64,000 nucleotides of DNA, from contig NMRA01000340.1 of NCBI GenBank assembly GCA_002633005.1, positions 295,435-359,434 on the forward strand, read 5' to 3'. This DNA comes from Phoronis australis. Lineage: Eukaryota; Animalia; Phoronida. The notes beneath the pieces were generated by a model. It was not told where the DNA came from. It did not search any database and saw only the letters and a list, made by a program, of their open reading frames with translations. A program made the position numbers and the translations under genes. The first letter of the stretch is position 1. Each line of letters starts with the position of its first letter. This document shows, piece after piece, positions 1-11,907 of the stretch.

Positions 1-1639
1 CCCCCCCCCCCCCCCCCCGGCTACGGGCTTGTTTCCGGGTAGTTCACTGCAATATTCCCTCAATAAAACAAATAGTAAAATGTCACCGTGACGAATGGAA
101 TTGATTCGCGTATTCTGTTCACTTTATTAAAAAATGAATTATGTATTTTCGGCCACCACTCCAGACCAGGTGCTGTGCAGACTGACGGCCTTGGCTGCAG
201 AAATCCGCCAGGTAATGACTCTCTCATAATCCAGGAAATGTTTCGCAACTACCATGGTAAATTTTTGTTAGAGGCAGTGAGCACGTGTGAGAACTATATT
301 GTAGGCTGTCAGCGGTTTTTAAGTCTTCGGACTTGGCTGGTCTTAGTGACTTCTCAATGTGCGCGCCCTCTGTAGACAAACAACAAAACAAACAAGGAAG
401 TAAGCAGTGCTTGCGTGGAAGAAGAAACTCGCAAAAAGGCAACATCACAAGATATTGCCTCACATTATAAGGCAAGCACGTAATCACATTAAAGGAGGGT
501 CTTGCGCCTACACTAACGCAGACCAGGAGAATGTGAATTTTAATTCGCATTCTCCTGGTTTATAAACATCCGCGTTCATAGTTGGAGACGGTGGGACCCG
601 GCGGGCCCTGCACAGTGAATAGACAGCTGGACAATACTGCATGCTTGACATTAAACATGAATTTGTCATATTGACGCATTTTGGTCACACAATCGCCAAT
701 AAAGCTTCAATTCATTCACGCGCGCGCCCTTGCGATGAATTAACCACCGGCGGTCACTGACTGAGTCAGCGAAGCGGCCGGCCTCCGGCAGTCATTCGCG
801 GCTACCGCCAAGCCGGCAGGGCGACGGAGTTTCAGGCGATGATGAAACAGCACATTTTTTGCCTACCGTATGCGAGTCCAGGTTTTGAGATCCTCGTCTT
901 AAAGCCGGGATTTAAACTGCCACACAGCCGCCAAGCAATGCTAATCTGAAATGCCAGAACCACGAAACAAAAAGCCTGGTGTCGCATAATGTGTCCGACT
1001 CGCACTGTTCCCGGAAACTTAATTGACCTACTTGCAAAGATTTTATAGTATCTTTGCTACTTGTCTGAAGGATGGAGACTTTACAACCATACGTCACTGG
1101 AAATTCCCGCGGTAAGGAAACTTGCGGTCGTTCACAATCTTATCGCCATTACGAGCGAGCAAACTTCGGAACGCTTTACAGTCTGACAGCCGGCCAAGCT
1201 CGTTAGGATAGAGTGAAGGGCCTACTAAGACCATAGGCCTACCACAACTTACCACCTGCGGCCGGAGTCTGAACACTTACACGTACGCATTGTGTGCAAT
1301 GAGGCGGTCTGGCCTTTCAAAAACTACAAAAACGAACTAGAAACAATACTAAGACAAACACGCTTAAAACACAATCAAATTGTACAAACAGTCGAAGTTG
1401 AGGAGGTCTAAACTCCATGGGTCAAGGGAAGCTTTCTGCAGTCAGAGTGTAAAAATATTTCGATACTGAATTGCATACATGTACCGGATATCTAACTAGT
1501 GGAGAGTTGCATTTTTTACCATTTACTCTTTTCAAACAAAGCATAAATAGTTAACAATAATGTTGAGGCAATGACATTCTAATATAACATTATAAAAATG
1601 TTAACGATAGGGTGATACGCATACACACGTCAGTCACCC

Positions 1640-2940
1640 GGTGCAGACCCTCTCAGATTAATTTTAATTGTGCAATGCATGCATGTATCAGTGAATGGAT
1701 ACCTTAGCGAAAATAGACTCCCACGGTTTTCAGAATTCCTGGAGTTCATTTGGATTTTTTGCTTCAGAATATACTTCTCAGCAATAACATTTATTTTGAA
1801 ATAGTTAACAAAAATTTAAAGTTAAGGCATTCCTTTTAATTTTTGAAATGCATATGTAATATTTTGCCTATAATAGAAACCAATTGAGTACTTTGTTTTT
1901 ATTTTTAAACGGTGTTCCAGAGGGCATTGTCTTTTTTCCAAACGGAGTTAGGAGTCGCCCTTTTCTGACAACAGGCTCTCAATATCGTGCCATAAAGAGC
2001 GCGTGACACAACAGCCTACAAGTAAATGTTCGATTGTCCCACATTCGTTCTCACAGAAAGTACAAGAATCAAAATCAATATAATCATTGCATGGTGGAAG
2101 AATTCTGTGCAAAACTTTGTATTGAAACTGACATATTTTTGTATCGTTTACACTTAAAATAGTTATTTTTTTATAAAATTTCCTTCACATACGCTGTACA
2201 AGGTTCAAAAATATATCCTACATCTTCAAACTTCTTAGAAGTAGGCTTCCAAGATATCTTTTAATACATTATAAATATGTTTACAACCATGTTGATGAAC
2301 AAGTACGGCGGACAATGAAAATGATATAATTGGTCCGACAACTTTTTTCAATTTGTAATTCGGATAATTTTCTTAAAAGAAAGACCTTTACTGAACTGAC
2401 AAAAGAAAGGTATCGCAAAAAATCAAGTTTTACGTTTCTTCTGTAAATGTGAGCGTATGAAAGGAAAGCACCGCTGCTATCCAAAATATCATTCAAATAA
2501 AATATATTAAACAATACTGCATTCGTGCTTGTCCACATCATCATTCTGTTTTCAAGTTTAAGACACCCAAAGTTGTAAACATTCAGTCAAAATTTGTTGT
2601 TGACATTCAATTTGTACGCCAAGAACAATCTTTGTATTTTAAAGTTTCAGTCATTGCGATACCAAACTCCACCTCAACAAGCAGCGTCCATTTGGATTGA
2701 GAAGTAAACAGTCCCTTATCCACGAAAATTTAACAGCTACATTAAAATGTTTCAGGTCTATCATGTTCACACCTCCTTCATCGATGCTTTTTGTCAATAT
2801 GGTTCTCCTAACCTTGTCTAGCTTTTTATTCCAAATAAATTTGAAAAACAAATTATTAACTTTGTTTAAAAAGGTTGGAGATCCACTATGTAAAAAGATT
2901 ATAAATGAATGATTTTTGAAGTAACAAGTGTTTTTATAAC
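1640..2940 (-). mobile_element. Degenerate L1/Tx1-like LINE, 3' part of ORF2
   Basis: Minus-strand fragment FFKFIWNKKLDKVRRTILTKSIDEGGVNMIDLKHFNVAVKFSWI (2651-2851) matches the post-RT 'FIW...GGL...W' region of L1/Tx1 ORF2; many stops and frameshifts; boundaries approximate. Confidence 0.7.
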
Positions 2941-3959
2941 CGTTACTTAAATCGTAGCGGTGTCGATGGCCTCCTGCCGCGGTTATCCGGGAATAGGATA
3001 CCCTCTCCCTGGACTTTACGTGCTAAGTTATCATCAGAACTGAAATGAGTAAGGCGGGATGTTTTTTTGGGGGAAGAATAGGAATATGGGATTTTATTTC
3101 GAAACGTTTTTACAAAATATATTGACAACGTTCTTATCTAAGTTACCTCTAAATGTTCTTCATGTAGTGGTTTTCTTTGTCGCAAATATGTTGAAATTTT
3201 AGCTTGTTTCCGCAAGGAAGACATTCTGCAAAATTATGTCCCGTTAATGACTTCCAGCCTGCTGGCTTACTGTTTACAATACATGCCTGTTGAGAAATTA
3301 AACAATAATAACATCACATAAATATTGCCAAGACCAAGGACTCTGGGTTTCAAGCCATTGATAACCTGGGGCCTCTAAATCCTGTGTGTGCTTACGTTAT
3401 ATAAGCAATACCATTTTCTTTTGGTAATAGTTTTGCAACCATGTTCTCGGTAGACAAGCATTAGCCTGAAATATGCTGTGTAGATATATGGCGAAATAAA
3501 GCAGCGTTCCAGATGCTGAGATATTAATTTCGCCTCAGTGCAACTGATTTACATCTACACTTACTGTAAAGCTTCGAATAGAAGCCAGGGTCTCTAAAAG
3601 ACGCACTTCTCTAGAAGAAACCCGGGGGTAGATACGCTGAAACTAATAAACGCCGGGTCTCCAATAGAAGTTCCCTCTAAACGATACGGGCTTAGAGCAG
3701 ACAATTGAAAAAGATGAAGTTTTCCGGTTTTCTATCGTGCGATACAATGTTGGCCAGCCGCAGGACCGATATAAATGAACGCAGGGTCTCGAGGCCGGGC
3801 CTGGAGCACGTCTGAAAAATAACTTTCCGGATATTGACTAAACGTTTTGCGGTAAACTGATGCAACACATGAGGCCTCTCCAAAGCTGATGCCCACGCCT
3901 TTTATTTTATTTTGCCATACATTTTTGAATGCAGACTTTTTCGCCAACTTTTTTCTTAG

Positions 3960-6010
3960 AGGAGAATGCCATCCAAAAAAACAACCTATTTTATATCAAT
4001 TTAGATCGATTAGTTTTACTCGATAACGGCACGTTCGGTTGCGTTACCTGACACTTGACGGCAGACGGAGGTGTTTAAATTATTCAATGACGTCATTGGT
4101 TTCATACTCAGTCTGTTCAGCAGTTCATAACACGGGTTACTGGTGTCAGCATAACGCTTGAATTCATCGTTTAACACCAATAAATCACCAAACTTCGATG
4201 AAAAACTATTAAAAATACACCGAGTTCTTATAAAAACGTGTTGTTTTATTTCGCTGTTACGGAGTTGTTAGTGTTTAGACACACCGTAGCCTACAAAGTT
4301 CGGCAGGCCAATTTACCAAGGTCCGTAGAAGGAGTTTGGAGTTTTTCGGAGATAAATTCGGAGTATTCTTCCGTGAAATACAAACAGGAGAACCTATATC
4401 TGTGTTGTTTAGACTTGTGATTTTTTGAGTTCTAAACACACAAAACGCTTGACTGTTATCCCGGCCAGTGGCTCGGAACGGCGTTCAGGCCAGTCGCGGC
4501 CGGACTGAAGACACGACGAACATAAACCAGATAAAGTTGGAAACTAAACTTCCAGTCAAGAAAATACTATACTAGTGAGCCAAAGCAATGTGCACGTGAT
4601 TATGTTGATGAATTAGCCACGAAACTGCAAATCTACTTACTCGTCTGGGGCCGCGAATTCAGGTTTCCCGGCCTTGGGCCACACATAACAGAACCGTCAG
4701 GCCAGGGCAGAAGTTGTACATTGACAATCATTATTTGAATAATGTATATGTAAATAAAGATTCCCCTAATACTTGACCGTGGGATAGAAAGTCGTGTTGT
4801 TTCACAACAGTTTCTGTCAGCAAACACTGAATTAGCATGCGCTGACTCACACGGCCTCGGTGTCCGGTCAATTAGTTTTATTGCACCTAAAGCCGGTAAT
4901 GCAGTGATTTATTCATTGCTGGCTTCTCAAATCCGTTGCACTCACGAACACTCCAAAGGCATTACAAATTGCATCTATCGAGACAGACTTTGTTTCAGTT
5001 TTATGTAAGTATTGGTTAGGGTGAGAATAATTCGTTTTGAAACAGAACGCTCAGTACTAAACGTCAACATGGCAACTCGCAATTCCGACTTGGAGGAGTA
5101 CTCATCTGACGTAGACTTCACAGGTAGATCGTTAGGTTTCTCAGGATATCAGTTCGAACCAGAATACAGTGATCAATAAATACATGTATAAGAGAGGCGC
5201 CGTAAACGTGCACAGACAATGGAGCAGATGGATAGTTCCGAAAACCGTCTCATGGTGTCAGTGCGCTAACTACACCAACATGGAAACGACTGACACTTGA
5301 CTTGATTTCAACGAAATTCAACATGTGAAACGCCTTCTTGGAGAAGCAGAAATGTTTCTCACGGATCACCCTGATTTTGCACCGCATCTGAACAGAGGTG
5401 TGCTCACGACGTTTTTAGGGCTGGGAAAAAGAACTGGCGAAACCATCCTACACCCAGAGAACCGAACAGAAGCCTGACGAACGAGTAATCCATCAAACAG
5501 GTTATATAACATGCTCGCACCCGCATAAAATATAGGGGTGGGCCTGCCGAACGCAAACACACTAGGCACAGCATCTGACTTCAGCCTCGTACGCTTTTTC
5601 TGCCCTGGCATGAGCTGTTTGGCAAGCCGGGATTCGTCAGTGAAATCACTGTCCACGAAATACCGGCCATAGACACGGAGATGTTTCACGGCCTCGTACT
5701 TGGTATGAACGCCGTACTTTTCATTTTTCACTGCCGCGCGAACCACTTTCGAAGCATTTTGGGCTCTCGAGGAAATCAAAAGAACGATGTAGCCGCTTTC
5801 CTCGCAGCTTCATAGTTCGCACAAGCGGGAACGACACATCACACCATGGCGGCACTCACTCTGCAGATGAACCACTGCGGAGTTTCTCACCTTCCTCACA
5901 AGTTAACGCAACACGTATCGGCAAGGTAAGGTCGACCGTGCACGAGCCGATGTGACCACAGACCGATTAAGACGGTAAAAAAGACTAATTAAATCGGGTG
6001 GCATTGTCCG
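3960..6010 (-). mobile_element. Internally deleted Kolobok DNA transposon with THAP and KolX remnants
   Basis: Terminal inverted repeats aggagaatgcca...tggcattgtccg flanked by ttag/ttaa; decayed THAP domain on minus strand (MV*CVVPACAN...RTRLKSDAVPSVF, ~5550-5847); convergent plus-strand remnant from ATG 5069 with GYQFEPEY, SWCQCANYTNMET and LTDHPDF motifs; homologous to 52500-53955 in opposite orientation. Confidence 0.8.
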
Positions 6011-8352
6011 TTAATATGCTCATCTGGGTTTCTGGGTGTTAATGGTTGACAGCTTCATTGCAAAACCCGGAAACTAGAGAATATTTACCACATGACTTTT
6101 CGACCTCCATGTTATATCTCTGAGCCCTTCTTCAGTGCATAGCACTCTGACATTCTCCCGCCAGATGTCGTTGAAAGCGCCAGTATAGGATTGCAGTCTC
6201 AGATTTTGTACACTCCGTCGACTGTTCATTGGATGTTTTTGTATTATAACATGGACAGTATAATCATCCCTGGACGGCACTACTCGCACCCTGCTGAAAC
6301 ATGCTTACGTGGTAAAAAACAAAATTCAGAATATTTTTGTGAGCAGATTTTGTACATTTTGTAAACGCCTTCAAGGGGCAATTCACCGCTTTGCATCTGT
6401 CAAAGTTGAATTCTCAGTAGCCGATCGGGGGGTTTTAGAGAAACACATAACCACGGCCCCATCTTGAATTGTTACCGAATGTCACTGGCATTGTGTACAT
6501 ACGCCACTTTCGAATACGCAAGTTTAGAATTGGCCAACAGAAGCGTTTTTTGGAGTCGCTTTCAATTTCATACTGCCATTCATTAGCATTGCTACTAGTT
6601 TCGTAAAGAAATTAACAGATATGAACGAAAATGCAGAATGGAACACTGTCTCAATGTTTTTGAAAATCGTCTGCTGAAGAAGAGTTGTTTGTTTTAGTTC
6701 GGGCGTTGATTTCGTGACACACGGTGTTTCGCACGACAAACACCGATTTGCCTAAACTCGTATGATGCTATCGTTAATTGAAACTCGATAGAGCGCAACA
6801 TAATAAAAACTTTTCTGCTTTTGTCGTCCAAATATTTTGTTATCAATGTTGCTCTTCTCCCATTTTGAAACGATTCGTCCAATAGGACCAAAATTGGGGA
6901 AACCTGAGAAATCAATGTTCGCTTATCTTTAATGTTGCCAGTGTGAATCTTGGGATGACGACTACATCATTGTTCGACAATCGGACACGTGACAGACTGG
7001 CCATTGTTATGTGAATAGCTTATGTGCGGGGTTTCGGATGAATGTGTTCTTTCACTTCTGTCTGTCCCACAAATTAAACAGTCCCTTGCTCCTATTATTA
7101 AGCTACTGCTTAAAGTAACGTTTTGTCTCCATAAGGCTGATCTCGTTATTTTTGTGTATAAGGTTTTTAAGAAACGTGAACAGTGTGTCGCCGATAGCTG
7201 TCCTAGATTTATTGACGAGTTCTCGGAATTTAGCGATGACAATCGAAGGAATTTTTTCAGATGAAATATCCTTGTTCAAAAGCATCTAAAGTGTCAATTC
7301 ACAAAAAACTGCACTCAGTAGAAACCCCAATTATTTAGCAACAAGGATTTTTTATTCTGTCTGTCCTCTACAAAGCATGGATAAGCACCGTATAGGAAAA
7401 TCTGGGCATACAGCCAAATATCTATTGATTTTAAAGTAATAATTTGGCTGAGAGTAGAATGCATGTATAGAATTTGCTTTGTGACATGAATTTGCCATTA
7501 ATTGGATAACGTGATCAGGTCTTTCGATTGGAATTAGCCCCCAAGAGGTGCATACACATCAAAACAACGGTATGACCAACATGAACAAATTTCGCTGCTT
7601 TTGTTTTATGTAACTTTATTTTTTGTGAATTCATAAAAAACATCACAGTCCTATTTTTGATAGCCCACATACAAAACATAACAGTTTAAAAACAGTTTCA
7701 AGGAGTTCCAAAAGCAGTGCATAAAGTTTAGTATCGGAAAGTTTCATAAAAATCCAACCAGACATTTCAGAGATACGAATTTAGTCCAATTTGGGCATTT
7801 TTGACGGGTCCTGCATATCCATACAGGGGATATAAATCCGGCTGCTATCCCCAAAACAGCTTTTGTTTAAGACAACTTGTCGTTATGCAACTGGTCTGAA
7901 ATTGTTTCATATTTGTATCAGACGTTATTTCAGGGCTTCAGGGCTTAGTTGAATCCAGATTTTCCAAATTGGCAAGTCTCACCTTGTCATTCTGAACACG
8001 GTCTCAAGGAGTAAACAATCGCTAGCTTTGTAAACCAACACATCTTTCCTCATCTGAGTAAGGAACAAGTTGAGACCAATTTTTATAGCGGTTTAAATCA
8101 TAAACTTTCTTCTTCGACGGAACGCTGGCTTACAGCCGCTTAAAGTTTACCGAACCACTAACGCCACAAAAAAGTCACAGTCCATTCGTATTTACATTTA
8201 TTTTTTGCATCTGTCAGGAGTGGACTGACACTGTTCTTAGTATAGTTATTTCGTCTTATTGTCTTGTTTGTGTTCTAGCATATAGCATTTGATGTGCATG
8301 ACCACTGAGGTCAAAGTGGCAATAATGAAATTTGTTTACCAAAGAATAGTGT

Positions 8353-8463
8353 CGAACATTCTTGAAGATTCTAGCATGAAAGTGATTAATATTAATATGG
8401 AACATTCTAGAGCCTAGAATATGTTTGTAGAATGATTGGGTATATTCTGGAAAGTTCAAGAAT
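8353..8463 (+). promoter_or_regulatory. Cluster of heat-shock-element-like nGAAn inverted arrays
   Basis: GAAcaTTCttGAAgaTTC at 8354-8371 and TTCtgGAAagTTCaaGAA at 8445-8462 are perfect four-unit arrays, ~630-740 bp upstream of the ATG at 9094; partly retained in unit 2 (~14600-14745). Function is inferred only. Confidence 0.45.
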
Positions 8464-8939
8464 GTGTTTGAATTACTGAGACTATAGATACCAACGCACG
8501 TGTTAGTGACGGTTTGTTGAAATTCAGTTGAAGTTAAAGAGAATTACTAGACAATTACAGTTGAGTTGTCGAAAGTGTCTCAGAAATTCATCACAAGTCA
8601 AGGCTCCGCTGCACTGTCCGGATCATAAAACAGACATTACGTTTGACGTTGTGATTGAGTACGCTTGTGAACGTTCGGTCGAGACTAATAAAGTGATTAA
8701 CTCGAACCAGTCTTCAGTCTAGCGTCTCGCCGAATGCTATAAGCACCGGTCGGTAACCACCTGCACCCAGCCACACACGGGGAACAGCATACACGCTGCG
8801 AAGTAATAATTATGATTGCAGAGATTAGACGTTTATAGTTATAGTAGGTAATAATGTGAATTTCGTGGAAGAAAAAGAATATGCGAATGATTTTAATCTT
8901 GGTTTTGACGAAAATCATAAAAAATGTTGGGGCGTCACC

Positions 8940-9020
8940 TGCTGCCAATCTTTTCACAAGTGACGGCTCATTGGTTGGACTGATTTGTGGGAAGGCTTAT
9001 ATAAATATGTCTATAAATAC
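8940..9020 (+). promoter_or_regulatory. Core promoter of peptide gene: CCAAT boxes and TATA boxes
   Basis: gccaat (~8944), attgg (~8970), tatataaa (8998-9005) and tataaata (9012-9019), 75-150 bp upstream of ATG 9094. Confidence 0.6.
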
Positions 9021-9093
9021 TGAAGACGTTTCGGTGTACTAACGGATCGTTCTTGAAGTCCAACACAAAAGTTACACTACCTAGACAGGCACC

Positions 9094-11401
9094 ATGAAAA
9101 CTTTGGTAAGTATGTCAAAAACCTGTTTCATTCACGGTCTTGAAACAATTATTCACCTAAACTAAGATTTTTTATGAAATACTGAAAATGATTTGAAAAA
9201 ATGGAAATTCCAGATAGTTCATTTTCTGATAATTGTGAACTTTCGTTCTTTTTCAAAAATGCAATATACATCAATGCAGCAAATCATATCTTCATTTTTC
9301 ACAGCTAACTTAATCGCATTTCTTTAAAGTGATACAATCGGCGTTATGAATAAAAAAAAAACGCTCAAAGTTGAACAGAATTTTACACAAATTTATCCCA
9401 AAGAACAGTTCAACAGTTAATCGTAGCTTTTTTATTAAAAATGTTTCGAACTTACCGCAAATGCGTTTTCCGTTTCTTGATTTTAGCAAAAGATGAAAAG
9501 CCAGCGATTCCCGATTTCCAGTGCCGCATTACTCGCAAGCCCAGTTTCAGCATTTTTAGAAAGCGAGTTTTGTATGCTGCTGGCTAGCAAGAGATTCAAT
9601 CAGTTCATTAGTCGGAAGGTGAAATTATTACAAGTTTTTCAGAAGCAATCTTAATATGTCTGCGTACGCTTAAAATTAGCCAAAAACGAGCGCGAATGTT
9701 TACCTGTATTTGGAATGCTAACCTACTTGGCTCTCAACCTGACCATACCTGACACGAGCAGGTTCGGCATGTCTGACAATTAATCTTAGTCCGGCGCTCG
9801 ATGTCGTTTCCAAATGCCTATTCTAGAACTGTCACTCATGATCATCCATCGTGCTTTATTCTCTGCCTTCACCTACAGTCAGTAGATTAGCCAAATTCGC
9901 ACGACCCACCACCTGCGTCGGCAATTTTCACAGCGTCGGTTAACCTTGACTGGAAGCCTTCGTTATGAAGCTGTGACTTCTACTAAAACCACAGACACAA
10001 TACATTTTGTTGTTGTAACTCTGTGTAAAGCTAACTATCTCTAAGAAGTCAATCTTACTCAAAATAATGCATTTCGACAGTAGAACCGAGTGTGTCCTCA
10101 TAAACGCTTTGCTTATGCCACTTACTATGAAACTGACCTAAACTACGCGGCGAATCTTGAGTGGATTAGTTATGACTTGATGGATTCTTTTTCAACGTTT
10201 GATGAAATCATGCAACGTGAGAATTTTCAGGAAGATCGAAATCAACTAATTTTTATGGTATACCCTGAGAACACAAAATATTTTCCACTGAATGTTTTCT
10301 TTACCGAGGTGCGCTAGCAAAAATACATGGCCATTTTCGATGGGAATGTGGTGAAGCCATTAAATTGGAAATAAGGGTTAAATTAGGTATGGCAACGCAA
10401 AGAAAGAAACACAAACATGAATCCATGCATAAAATAGACTGCTGAGAGCACTATCATACCTTTATTCCATTATTTCATTTGACGTTTGAAAAAGTTACCT
10501 AAGGTTATTTTGCCTATAGCGTACAATTAAAAAAGACACTGTGTCGAGAAAAAGTGGGAACTCTATTGGAAAATTGAATCAGTTTGGGGTCAATTTGTTA
10601 ACGGTGCTTTAGAACAAGATCAAAAGTATCTACATTCCTGCATGCAACATGGCCATTAATTTCGAAAATCACCGAGAGGGTGCACGAAATCAAACCTTGG
10701 CAGTCCTTAGCTCATCTATTCTATGCGCTTATATTGTAATAAACAGAGCTGGACTGGATGCCACTGTAGTTCCCAAAACGTCGGCGAGCTATCATGACCA
10801 CGGCTCTGCATGTTATAAAGTTTAATCCCACTGAGCAATAGGCATACACTCTTTCACGTCAAAAAGGCACTGGGACCTTACGTCAAGACCGTTGACTTCA
10901 CCAATTAAGTACGCTTGAAATACTCTGCCATTTAATAGAACTTTAGGCTGCGATTGCACGGGATGTCAGTACGATTCCGCCTTCGGTTGAAATCTGAAAA
11001 CCTGTTTTCTCGCCGATAATGTCACTTTAAACATCGTTTTCCAGATTGTTTTGTGTGTCTTGGTTCTTGTGTTCCTTGTGCAACACGAGGCTGCCGTGGT
11101 GACGAGCGAATTACAGCCTGAAACCGACAGCAATGAGCTAGAACAAGATCTTAGCGAACTGACTGCCCGCAGTGAAAACGAGGCCGACGATGATAATGAC
11201 GAGGATGACGAAGACGACGAAGAACCAAACAGTGAACTCATGAAACGTTACGAAGAAGTGGCAGAAAAGGAAGCGGAAGAAAGCCCTGACAAGCGCTTTT
11301 TCTTTTGGCGTAAACCTCGCCGTCATCATCACCACCATAGGCACCACCACCACCACTACCACCACCGTAATCGCCGCCGTTGTCGCTTCGGAAAGAAGTA
11401 A
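9094..11401 (+). CDS. Secreted His/Arg-rich peptide precursor, 122 aa, 2 coding exons (9094-9105, 11045-11401); candidate antimicrobial/metal-binding peptide
   Basis: accATGAAAACTTTG|gtaagt joins in phase 0 to ttccag|ATTGTTTTG giving MKTLIVLCVLVLVFLVQHEAA (signal-like), an acidic propiece (DDDNDEDDEDDEE), KR sites, then FFFWRKPRRHHHHHRHHHHHYHHRNRRRCRF-GKK-stop; AATAAA at 11704; same exon structure in the duplicate. Confidence 0.88.
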
Positions 11402-11907
11402 TTTAGCTGTAATCGGACGTTGAAACGCTTTCTGTAAGGATTCCTGTGCCTACAATGTGGATTTACAAAAATCTATAATTGGCCAAAATGTTTATGTACA
11501 AGTATTTTCAGTTTTCGAGAGCTGCACATCAGTGAAAAAGCATAGAATGACTTTGAAGACATGTAAAATACATTTCAAATCCTCGTTGAACTTTCTTTTT
11601 GCTGACTGTATTTTAAATCAAATGTTAGGGCGCTTGAAACTCCAAAGAAACAGCCGGATTTGACGTCCAGATTTTATGATAGCGTAATTAAACAATGCCT
11701 TTGAATAAATCAGTAGCTTGCAAAAACTGTTGTATCTTTGTCAGGTTCGACAATATTCCTCCTCCACAGACCGCAAAGTCGTTCTCGTAAATACATTTTT
11801 TCTGTTCTCACGAAGCACGTGCTAAATTATTTTCAAGCACACGCAACACACACCTCCGTCCCGTCAGACATGACACGAAATGTGGTTGATGAAAAATGAA
11901 TTTAGAA

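Noticed and set aside
1-1420. Poly-C run and short ORFs at window start
   Set aside because: Poly-C plus ggctacgggcttg looks like the cut end of a MITE; the ORFs show at most weak LINE-like traces and cannot be assigned.
10966-11365. Minus-strand ORFs with poly-Ser and poly-Val (also 24239-24466)
   Set aside because: Antisense shadows of the Asp/Glu- and His-rich codons of the peptide precursor exon.
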